Source: Acidimicrobiales bacterium (GTDB taxonomy: Bacteria > Actinomycetota > Acidimicrobiia > Acidimicrobiales > Poriferisodalaceae). Taken from it: DNA of 64,000 nt. Location of the stretch: the NCBI GenBank assembly GCA_965115995.1, contig OZ220472.1, forward strand, positions 3,384,419 through 3,448,418, written 5' to 3'. Positions 43,701 through 55,700 of the stretch are shown piece after piece (the stretch's first letter is position 1; each line of letters starts with the position of its first letter). The notes beneath the pieces were generated by a model. That model did not search any database, was not told where the DNA came from, and worked only from the letters and a program-made list of their open reading frames with translations. The position numbers and the translations under genes were made by a program.

Positions 43701-46700
43701 TCTCCGTCGGGTGTGACGGTGAATGTGGTCGAGGGCGGTGTGGTGCGTTTGGGTGTGGTGTTGTCGGAGGCGGTGCCTGCGTTTGGTTCGTTGCCGGTGA
43801 GGTTCGAGGTGTCGGGGTCGGCGGCTGCGGGGACTGATTATGCGGCGTTGAGCGGCACGCTGGTGGTGGGGCCTGGGGAGTCGGGCGGCGAGATCGCGGT
43901 GCGGTCGATCAGCGACGTGTGGGTGGAGGGCGCCGAGACGGTGGTGGTGGCGCTGCTGGCGGGCGACGGGTACACGCTGGGCGCGGACAAGACCGCGACG
44001 GTGCGGATCGTCGATGACGACGCCCCGCCGGAGGTGTTGTTGAGCGCCGATGCCGCTGAGGTGTCCGAGGGCGGCGGCGCGGTTGATGTGACGGTGCGGG
44101 CGGAGCTGTCGGGCGTCTCGCGGTTCGAGTCCGATGTGGTGGTGACGGTGAGCGTTGCGGGTTCGGGTGTCGCCGGGGCGGTGGGGTTCGCGGAGGTGGC
44201 TGATTTCGATGTGACGATCCAGGGGGGCTGGTCGTTCGGCACCGAGACGTTCACGCTCACCCCCGAAGCCGACCAGGTCGACGAGCCGTCCGAGACGGTG
44301 ACCCTGTCGGCGTCGGGGGTGGCGCCTGCTGGTCTGGCGGTGTCGCCGGCGTCGTTGTCGATTTTGTTGGCCGATGACGATGCGACGGCGGTGCGGTTCG
44401 GTGGCGGCGGGTTCGTGTCGGAGGGCGATGCGTCGTCGTCGGCGGTGTTGAGTGTGTGGCTGGGCCGTGTGCTGGGCGCGGGCGAGTCGGTGGAGGTGCC
44501 GCTGGCGGTCACGGGTGTTGAGGCTGGCGATGTGGTGGTCGCGCAGCCTGCCGACGGGCGTGCGGGTGTGTCGGTGCGCGGCGGGGCGACGTTGGCGCCG
44601 GTGGTGGTGTTCACCGGTTCGGACGCGCAGGGTGTTTCGGTGGGGTTGGCGGAGCTGAACGTGACCGCCGGCGATGATGTCGACAAGGTCCATGAGGTCG
44701 CGGTGTTCGGTTTGGCGGATTCTGCGTCGACCGAGCCCGGCGGCGGTGTGGTGGTCGGGCCGGTGGGCGGCGGCGTTTCTGGGTCGGCGTCGGTGCAGTT
44801 GGTCGACGACGACGCAGACGCGGCGGCGGTTTTGGTGTGGCCGGGCTCGGTGGGTCTGGTCGAGGGCGACGCGGACGCCGGCTCGGCGGCCGTGCAGGTC
44901 CGGTTGAGCGAGCGGCCGGCCGGGAGTGTGTCGGTGTCGGCGGTGTCGTGGGATGTGTTGGCGGTGCGGGTGTCGCCCGCGTCGTTGGCGTTCAGCAGGT
45001 CTGATTGGGATGTGCCGCAGCCGGTGACGGTGACCGCGGTCGACGACTTGGACAGGACCGCCGAGTCGGTGACGGTGGCGTTCACCGCGGCGGGCCATGC
45101 GGCGGGGTCTGCGGGCGTGTCCGTGGACGATGATGTATCGAAGGCGCCGGTGTTGGCGGACGCTGTGTTCGCTGCGGTGCCTGATGATTTGGCGTTGGTG
45201 GAGAACGACCGGGGCCCGACCGATGTGGGCTCTGCGGTGACGGCGTCTGATTCCGACGGCGACACGGTCACGTATTCGTTGGAGGGCCCGTCGCGGGCGG
45301 CGCCGCCGGTCGGGTTCAAGATCGATTCTGCGACCGGCCAGATCTCTTATGGGCCGATACCCCATCGCCTCGGCGGGGCGACGCCGGCGCCGGGCGTGGA
45401 CCGCGAGGCCACGGCGCGGGTCGCGTTGGTGGTGGTGGCGACGTCGGTCGGCGCGGACGGCGCGGCGACGGCGGTGCGTCAGTCGGTGTCGGTGACGGTC
45501 ACCGACGTGGACGAGGGCGACGGCGAGGTCGTGGTCGCGGGTGTGCCGGTGGCGGGCCGCTCGGCGCTGACGGCTTCGGTGTCGGGCGATCCCGACGGCG
45601 ACCCGCAAGCAGCGTCGTCGTATGCGTGGGAGACGTCCGCGGACGGCAGCACCGGGTGGACGGCGGCGACCGGCGACGGTCACAGCACTGCTTCATATTC
45701 GGTGGCGGCCGCCGATGTGGGCCGGTATGTGCGTGTGACGGTGGGCTACACCGACGGCGGCGGCAACAGCGAGTCGGTCACCTCCGATGCGACGGCCCAG
45801 GTGGGGACGCTCAGTCTGTTGAACGCCGCAGTCCAGGTCACGTCTGCGCTGGGTTCTGGCGCGGACCACACCAGCGAGACCGCACAGATCGAGGTGTCGT
45901 TGGACGCGGCGGTGCTGGCCGGCGAGTCGGTGACGGTGCCGCTGAGCTTCACCGACGGCACGCAGGGCACCGATTACACGTTGACGCTGTCGGGTTCGCC
46001 GTCGGGAGTGGCACTGAGCGGCGCGTCGGTGGTGTTCACCGGCCCCGCCGCGTCCACCGCCACTGTGAAGGTGACTCCGGCGTCGGCTGTGGTGCTCGGC
46101 TCAAGGCTGACCGTCGCGCCGGGCACGGTGACGCTGACGGGCGCGTCGCTGGCCGGCACGACAGCCAAAGCCTCGCTGGTGGGCAACCCCAGGGTGTTCA
46201 CCGGCACCGGGCCGGTGACTGTGACGTTGGCCCGCACTGACAGCCGCAGCATCACCGAAGACCCCGAAGCGGCCGACGCGGCGCGTTCGGCGACGTTGAC
46301 GTTGACGTTGGGGCGGGTGCTGAAAGCGGGCGAGACGGTGGACGTGCCGCTGGCGCTGTCAGGCACCGACATTGCTGCGGCCGATGTGTCGCTGACGCTC
46401 ACGGCCGGTGAGGCGAACACTGGTGTGTCGTTGCGTGGTTTGTCGTCGCTTTCGCCGGTGGTGCGCCTCAACGGTGCGGGGGCGCAGGTGGCGGCGGTGT
46501 CGCTGTGGGCGTCGAACGACCCGATAGACGAGGACGCCGAGACGCTGACGGTCGCGTTGGGCGATCTGTCGGCGAACATTCTCGCTACGAACGTGGCCCA
46601 CGGCGCAGCAGCCGCCGCGGGCGCGAACTCGTTCGATGTGGTGATCGACGACGACGACACCGCTGCGCTGGAGACCGCTGTCGCGGGCGGTGTGCTGCGG

Positions 46701-49700
46701 GTGGCCGAGCCGTCGGGGACCGGCACGCTGCTGGTGGCGTTGGCGACCCAGCCCACCAGCAACGTGACGGTCACGGTGACCAGCGGCACCAGCTCGGCGC
46801 TGCTGGTCAGCACCGCGGGCGGCGCGAAGGCCGCTTCGGCGCAGTTGACGTTCACACCGGCGAATGCGCTGGTGTCCCAGCCGGTGACCGTGCACGCCGT
46901 CAACGACAACATCGACAACACCGGCGATGTGCGTGATGTGGCGGTGACAGTGTCGTCGTCGAGCAGCGACACCAAATATCAGGGCCCGACCGAGACGGTG
47001 AACGCGAAGGTGGCCGACGACGACCTGCCCGCGTCGACGCGGCCGCAGGTGCAGTTCACCAGCGCGACGCACACCGCCAGCGAGGCTGCGGGGGACCGGG
47101 CGGTGTCGCTGGCGTTGAGCGTGTCGCCGGCGCCGACTACGGCTGTGACCGTCCGCTACACGGTGACCGGCACCGCGTCATCAGGTAATGATTTCACGGC
47201 CTCGTCGGGCACCGTGGCCGTCGCGGCGGGCGCAACGACGGTGTCGATCCCGATACAGGTGCTCGACGACGCCGTCGATGAACCGTCTGAGACGGTCGTG
47301 TTCACCCTCGACGACAGCAGCGCCTACAGCTTGGGCTCGACCGCGGCGGCGACGGTGACGGTGGCCGACGACGACGCCACGGTGGTGCGTCTGGCGCGGG
47401 TCGACGGCGGCCCGATCGCCGAGGGCGAGACGACAGGCGACAAGGCCGACGCGGAGTTCACGGTGAAGCTGGGCCGGGCGCTGGCTGCGGGCGAGGTCGT
47501 CGAGGTGCCTTTGGTGCTGTCTGCGTTGAAGGGCTCGGGCAGCGATGTCACCGCCGCTGACGTGAACGTGGCGGCCAAGGCGGGCGGCACGCTCAACAAG
47601 GGTGTGGCGGTCGCGGCTGGCGCGTCGTTGGCGCCGACGGTGACGTTCACCGGTCACGCCACCGATGCGGTGCAGACCGCGACGCTGCTGCTGTCGTCGC
47701 CTGATGACAGTGTCAGCGAGTTCCAGGAGAAGGTCTCGGTCGCCCTCGGCCCCAACGACGCTACGGCGACCGGGTTCGGCCATTCCGGGAGGGCGACGAA
47801 CGCGGGCGGCGGCGCCGTTCCGCACCGCTCGGCCGGCTCGTTCAATGTGGCGGTGCTCGACGGCGCTGCGGTAACGGTGACGCTGTCGGGCGGCGGCGTG
47901 AACCTCGTGGAGGGTTCGGGCCAGACGGCGACGGTGACGGTCACGCTGGGCCGGGTCCTGGTGGCCGGCGAGGTGGTGGAGGTGCCGTTGACGGTGACGA
48001 GCTTCACTCAGGCGATCCTGTCGGGACCGGCCCGGTTGTTGGAGCGGATGCGGGCGCTGAAGTGGACAGCTTCGGGCACCGGGGTGACGCTCAAGGCGGA
48101 CCCGCTGGGCGGCGCGGGCCCCTACAAGGCGCCGCTGGTGGTGCGCTTCGACGGAGCCGGCGCCGGGACCGCGACGATCACGTTCACCGCGGTGAACGGC
48201 GACCGCGACAACAAAGACGAGACGGTGAAGGTGCTGGTGCCCCAGGGCGGGCTCAACGCGGCTGCCCGCAAGACCAATGTGGGCGGCGGCCTGGTGCGCA
48301 GCAGCCAGCAGCACGAGCAGCTGCGCAACATCTATCTGATCGAGCCAGGCAACGAGCTCGAAGCTTCGCTCGCCGTCTCCGGCGGCGGCACGGTCGCCGA
48401 GGGCGGCTCGTTGACGGTGACGGTCACGCTCGACAAGAACGCGTCGGACGATCTGAGCATTCCGGTTCGGATGCGCACCCTCGGCCTGCCCACCGCATCC
48501 AAAGACGACTTCACGCTGTCCAACAACGGCGTGGTCGCGATCAGCAGCGGCGCCAAGACAGGCACCATCACGTTCACCGCCAACGCTGACAGCATCGCAG
48601 AGCCAGACGAGTTCCTGATTCTCGAGTTCGGGATCCTGCCCTCGCCGGTCATCGCAGCCGAACGCGGCGTCACCACCAGGGTCACGATCACCGACGCCGA
48701 CGCGACCGACGGCGTGACCCTGTCTGAGGAGGCTCTCACCCTCACCGAGCTCGGCAGTGCCGGCACGGTCGAGAAGACCTACACGGTGGCGCTCGACACC
48801 GACCCGGGCGCGGACGTGACCGTCACCGTCGCCTCCGCCGACATGACGGCGGTAAAAGTGGACACCGACAGCGCCACGGCGGGCGACCAGTCCATGCTCA
48901 CCTTCACCCACGGCAACACCGGGAACTGGAACACGGCGCAGACGGTGACGCTGCGCGCTGTCAACGACGGCGACGCCGCAGCCGAGACCGTCACCGTCTC
49001 GCATGCCGCGGCGGCGGCCGATACCGACAGCCCTTACCACCAGATCGATATCGCAAACGTGTCTGTGACCACTGTCGACGCCGGCCACGGCGTGGTGGTG
49101 TCCAAGGTCGCCGTGTCGGTGTATGAGGACTCCACGGCCGTCTATGAGGTGCAGTTGGCGAGCGATCCGGGCGGGACGGTGGTGGTGACTCCCACGTCGT
49201 CGGCGACGACAACCGCGGCGGTGAGCCCCGTCACGTTGAGTTTCGACTCGTCGAACTGGAACGAGCCGCAGCCGGTGACGGTGTCTGGTGTGGCTGCGGG
49301 CACTGCGACGGTCACCCACGAGGTGACGACTGCGACGGCGGATTATCCGACCAGCATGTCGATCGCGTCGGTGGGTGTGAAGGTCGCCGCGGTGGTTGTG
49401 CCGGTGGTGTCGTTTGTGAACTCGAAGGACGTGTCGGTTGCGGTGGCGGAGCGTCTGGCTGGTGATGCGGCACGGCTGCGTGTCCGTTTGTCGGAGCCGG
49501 TGCCGAGGGACTCTTCGTTGTCGGTGGCTTATTCGGTGTCGGGCACCGCCGGCGCCGGAACCGACTACGCCGCGCTCAGCGGTGATTTGGTGCTGGGCCC
49601 GGGCACTTCGAGCGGCGAGATCGTGGTGCGCCCGATCGATGACGTGTGGGTGGAGGACGCCGAGTCGGTGGTGGTGACGCTGATGGCGGGCACCGGTTAC

Positions 49701-52700
49701 ACGCTGGGCGAGAACACTGTGGGGAAGGTGCAGATCAACGACGACGACGCGGCGCCGCAGGTGTCGTTGAGCACCGATGTCGTTGAGGTGCCTGAGGGCG
49801 GCGGCGCGGTTGATGTGACGGTGCGCGCGGAGCTGTCGAACCGGTCGCGCTATGAGTCCGATGTGGTGGTGACGGTGAGCGTTGCGGGTTCGGGTGTCGC
49901 CGGGGCGGTCGGCTTCGCGGAGGTCGACGATTTCGATGTGACGGTCCGGGCGGGCTGGTCGTTCGGGACGGCGACGTTCACGCTCACCCCCGAAGCCGAC
50001 CAAGTCGACGAGCCTTCCGAGACAGTGTCGCTGTCGCCGGTGGTGGTGTCGCCTGCGGGGTTGGCGGTGGCTCCGGCGTGGATTTTGTTGTCGGACGACG
50101 ATCCGACTGCGGCGCGGTTCAGCGGCGGCGGGTTCGCAGCCGAGGGCGATGCGTCGTCGTCGGCGACGGTGTTCGTGTGGCTGGGCCGCGCGCTGGGCGC
50201 GGGCGAGTCGTTGAGGGTGCCGCTGGCGGTCACCGGAACCGGTGTCGAGGCCGGCGATGTGGTGGTCGCGCAGCCTGCGGATGGGCGTGCGGGCGTATCG
50301 GTGGAGGGCGGCAACACGCTGGCGCCGGTGGTGGTGTTCACCGGCTCGGGCCAGCAGGGCGTGCAGGTGGACGCGGCGGAGCTGAAGGTGACCGCCGGCG
50401 ATGATGCCGACGAGGTCCATGAGGTCGCGGTGTTCGGTTTGGCGGATTCTGCGTCGACCGAGCCCGGCGGCGGTGTGGTGGTCGGGCCGGTGGGCGGCGG
50501 CGTTTCTGGGTCGGCGTCGGTGCAGTTGGCCGACGACGACGCAGACGCGGCGGCGGTTTTGGTGTGGCCGGGCTCGGTGGGTTTGGTGGAGGGCGACGCG
50601 GACGCCGGCTCGGCGGCCGTGCAGGTGCGCCTCGGCTCGCAGCCGAGCGGGAATGTGTCGGTGTCGGTGGTGTCGTGGGATGTGTTGGCGGTGCGGGTGT
50701 CGCCCGCGTCGTTGACGTTCACTAGGTCTGATTGGGATGTTCCGCAGCCGGTGACGGTGACCGCGGTCGACGATTTGGACCTCGACGACGAGTCGGTGAC
50801 GGTGGCGTTCACTGCGGCGGGCCATGCGGCGGGTTCGGCGGGTGTGTCCGTGGACGACGGGGTGTCGAGGGCGCCGGCGTTGGCGGACGCTGTGTTCGCC
50901 GCGGTGCCAGGTGATCTGGCGTTGGTGGAGAACGCGGATGGCTCGACTACGCCGATAGCGGTCGGCTCTCCGGTGACCGCGTCGGACGCCGACGGCGACA
51001 CGGTCACGTACTCGTTGGAGGGCCCGTCGCAGGCGGCTGCGCCGGCGGGCTTCGCCGTTGCCGAGGCGACCGGCCAGATCTCCTATTCGGGTACAGGGGT
51101 GGACCGCGAGGCCACGCCGCGGGTCGTGTTGGTGGTGGTGGCGACGTCGGTCGGCGCGGACGGCGCGGCGACGGCGGTGCGTCAGGCGGTGTCGGTGACG
51201 GTGAGCGATGTGGACGAGGGCGACGGCGAGGTCGTGGTTGCGGGTGTGCCGGTGGCGGGTCGTTCGGCGTTGACGGTGTCGGTGTCGGGCGATCCCGACG
51301 GCGACCCGCAAGCAGCGTCGTCGTATGCGTGGGAGACGTCCGCGAATGCGGGCGGGCCTTGGTCGGCGGCGACCGGCACAGGCGCCGGCACCGCTTCGTA
51401 TTCGGTGGCGGCCGCGGATGTGGGCCGGTATGTGCGTGTGACGGTGGGCTATGTCGACGGCGGCGGCAACGGCGAGTCGGTCATCTCCGAAGCGGTGGGT
51501 CCGGTGAGGACGCTCAGTCTGTTGAACGCCGCAGTCCAGGTCACGTCTGCGTTGGGTTCTGGCGCGGACCACACCAGCGAGACCGCACGGATCGAGGTGT
51601 CGTTGGACGCGGCGGTGCTGGCCGGCGAGTCGGTGACGGTGCCGCTGAGCTTCACCGGCGGCACGCTGGGCACTGATTTCACCCTGGCGCTGTCGGGTTC
51701 GCCGTCGGGAGTGGCGTTGTCGGGTGCGTCGGTGGTGTTCACCGGCCCCGCGGTGTCTAGAGCGACCGTTGAGGTGGCCCCGGCGTCGGCGGTGGCGCTC
51801 GGCGCCGAGTTGACCGTCGCGCCGGGCGTGGCCGCGGCGGCGGGAGCGTCTTTGGGCGGCACGACGGTGAAGGCGGCGCTGGTGGGTAACAGCAGAGTGT
51901 TCACCGGCGCCGGTCCGGTGACTGTGACGTTGGCCCGCGCTGACAGCCGCAGCATCACCGAAGACCCCGAAGCGGCCGACGCGGCGCGTTCGGCGACGTT
52001 GACGTTGACGTTGGGGCGGGTGCTGAAAGCGGGCGAGACGGTGGACGTGCCGCTTGTGCTGTCAGGCACCGACATTGCTGCGGCCGATGTGTCGCTGACG
52101 CTCACGACAGGGCAGCCGAACACTGGTGTGTCGTTGCGTGGTTTGTCGTCGCTGTCGCCGGTGGTGCGCCTGTCGGGTGCGGGGGCGCAGGTGGCGGCGG
52201 TGTCGCTGGGGGCGTCGAACGACCCGATAGACGAGGACGCCGAGACGGTGACCGTCGCGTTGGGTGATTTGTCGGCGAGCATTCTCGCAACGAACGTGGC
52301 CGGTGGCGCGTCCGCGGCGGCGGGCAGGAACTCGTTCGACGTGGTGATTACCGACGACGACACGGCTGGGCTGGCGACCGTTGTCGTGGGTGGTGTGCTG
52401 CGGGTGTCGGAGCCGTCGGGGACCGACACGCTGCTGGTGGCGTTGGCGACCCAGCCCACCAGGAATGTGACGGTGACGGTGACCAGCGGCGACTCGTCGG
52501 CGCTGCTGGTCAGCACCGCGGGCGGCGCGAAGGCCGCTTCGGCGCAGTTGACGTTCACACCGGCGAATGCGCTGGTGTCCCAGCCGGTGACCGTGCACGC
52601 CGTCAACGACAACATCGACAACACCGGCGATGTGCGTAATGTGACGGTGACGGTGTCGTCGTCGAGCAGCGACACCAAATATCAGGGTCTGTCCGAGTCG

Positions 52701-55700
52701 GTGGCCGCGAGGGTGGCCGACGACGACGGGCCTGCGTTGCCGCAGGTCCAGTTCGCCCAGGCGGCTTACACCGCCGGTGAGCCAGCCGGTGATCGGACAG
52801 TGTCGCTGGGGATGGGCGTGTCGCCGGCGCCGACCGGGTCGTTCACCGTCGCCTACACGGTGACCGGCACCGCTGCGACGGGCGACGATTTCGCGGTGCT
52901 GTCGGGCAGCGTGGCCGTCGCGGCCGGGGCGACGACCGTCACGATCCCGGTGACGGTGCTCGACGACACGGTCGACGAGCCGCCTGAGACGATCGTGGTG
53001 ACCCTCGACGACAGCAGCGCCTACCGGGTCGGCTCGACCGCGGCGGCGACGGTGACGGTCGCCGACGACGACGCCACGGTGGTGCGTCTGGCGCGGGTCG
53101 ACGGCGGCCCGATCTCCGAGGGCGAGACGACAGGCGACAAGGCCGACGCCGAGTTCACGGTGAAGCTGGGCCGGGCGCTGGCTGCGGGCGAGGTCGTCGA
53201 GGTGCCTTTGGTGCTGTCTGCGTTGAAGGGCTCGGGCAGCGACGTCACCGCCGCTGACGTGAACGTCGCGGCCAAGACGGGCGCGTCGATCAACGCCGGT
53301 GTGGCGGTCGGCGCTGGCGGGTCGTTGGCGCCGACGGTGACGTTCACCGGTCACGCCACCGATGCGGTGCAGACCGCGACGCTGCTGCTGTCGTCGCCCG
53401 ATGACAGCGACACGTCGGAGTTCCAGGAGAAGGTGACGGTCGCCCTCGGCCCCGACGACGCGACGGCGACCGGGTTCGGCCATTCCGGGAGGGCGACGAA
53501 CGCGGGCGGCGGCGCCGTTCCGCATCGTTCGGCCGGCTCGTTCGATGTGGCGGTGCTCGACGGAGCGCCGGTGGTGGTGACGTTGTCGGGCGGGGGCCGT
53601 TTGTTGGAGGGCTCCAAGAACAGCGTGACGGTGACCGTAGAGCTGGACCGGGCGTTGGCGGCCGGTGAGGTGGCGGAGGTGCCCGTCACGGTGCAGAGCC
53701 TGACCCAGTCGATCCTGTCGGGCCCGGCGCGGCTGTTGGAGCGGATGCGGGCGCTGAAGTGGACAGCGACGGGCACCGGGGTGACCATCGGGGCCGACCC
53801 GTTGACGAACTCGGGGCCGTACAAAGCGGCGCTGCTGGTGGTCTTCGACGGCGCCGGCGCGCAGACCGCTCAGATCGAGTTCACCGCCGTGAACGGCGAC
53901 GCGGACCGTTCCAACGAGCGGATAACGGTGCGGATCCCCTCCACTGGGAACGCGCTCAACGCGCCGGCCCGCAACACCAACCTCGCAGGCGGCCTGGCGG
54001 CGGGGAGCCCGTCTTTGGCCGCGGTCAACCTGTTCGAGCCCGGTAGCGAGCTCGAAGCCACCCTCGCAGTCGACAACAACGGACAAGTCGCAGAAGGCGG
54101 CTCGCTGACGGTCACCGTCACCCTCGACGCCAACACCGACACCGAGGTGGACATCCCGGTGCGGATGCGCACCTTGGGTTTGCCGACCGCGTCGGCAGCC
54201 GATTTCACGCTGTCGAACAGCGGCGTGGTCACCATCAGCAGCGGCACCAACCAGGGCACCGTCACCCTCACCGCCAACACCGACAGCGTCACCGAGGCCG
54301 ACGAATTCTTGATCCTCGAGTTCGGGAACCTGCCCGTCGGCATCGTCGCAGCCGACAGCGGCGTCACAGCCAAAGTCACCATCACCGACGTGCAAGAGGC
54401 GGCGAACAGTGCGCCGACGGTGGCGAATGAGATTCTTGACCAGAAGGCGACGCCGGGTGCGGCGTTCAGCTACGTCTTTGCGGCGAACACGTTCAGCGAC
54501 GCGGACGGCGACGCGTTGACTTACACCGCCGCTGAGTCCGACGACACCGCCCTGCCGACGTGGCTGACGTTCGACCCCGCCAACCGCGCGTTCTCGGGCA
54601 CGCCGCAGTCAGCCGATGTCGGGACGCTGTCGGTGAAGGTGACCGCGGACGACGGCAACGACGGCACGGTCTCGGACACGTTCGACGTTGTGGTGCAAGC
54701 CTCGGTGGTGGTGGTGTCGGCGCCGGTGCTGAACCTGGTCGAGGGCGGGAACTCGGTGGTGTACAACGTGGTGTTGCGGACGCCGCCGCCGGGCAGTGAT
54801 CCGGTTGTGGTCACGCCGCGCATCGACGATGCGGGGGTGGCGGATTTCGACGGTGCTGGGGCGGCGACGGGTCCGACGTTGAGGTTCGACGCGGCCAACT
54901 GGGACAATCCTCAGTTGGTGGTTGTGTACCCGACATCCGATGCTGGCGCCACCGCGAATGGCAGGGCGACGATCACGCACACTGTCACCGGTTACGGCGC
55001 GGTCACGTCAGCGCCTCTTGTCGTCGTGCACCTCGTGGAGAGGTCCGACTCTGCGGGGTTGGTCTTGTCTGAGGACTGGGTGATCGTGGAAGAGGGCGGC
55101 AGCGCGTCGGTGGCCGTACGGCTGGCGTCGGCCCCGGCCGGCGAGGTCACGGTTTCGGTGACCGGCGCGTCGGGCGGCCTGTCGGTGGACTCGGGCGGCG
55201 CGCTGGTCTTCGGCCCCGACGACTGGCATCTCTCCCAGGTTGTGACGGTCAGCGCCGCGGACGAGTCCGACGCCTCTGACACCGACGACGAGACGTTCAC
55301 GCTGGTGTTCACGGCGTCGGGCGGCGGTTACGGGCCGGTGAGCGAGTCGCTCGCCGTGTTCGTGTACGACGACGAGTTCGCCGGCCCGACGTTCACGGTG
55401 ACGGGCGCGGACGCGGTTGAGGGCACCACACCGGCGGTGTTCACGGTGACCGCAGACCAGACGTTGAGCACGGCGGTGGATGTGGCGTTGAATGTCTCTG
55501 AGTCGGGGCATTTCGTGGCGTCGTCCGACGAGGGCGAACAGACGGTGTCGTTCTCGGCCGCGCAGCTCACCCGCACTCACAGCGTGCCGATCGTCGACGA
55601 TGTGAACGCGGAGCCTTCGGGTGAGGTCACAGCGGAGTTGGCACCGGGCACCGGGTATCACATCGGCGTTCCGTCGGTGGCGACGTCGACGGTGACCGAT

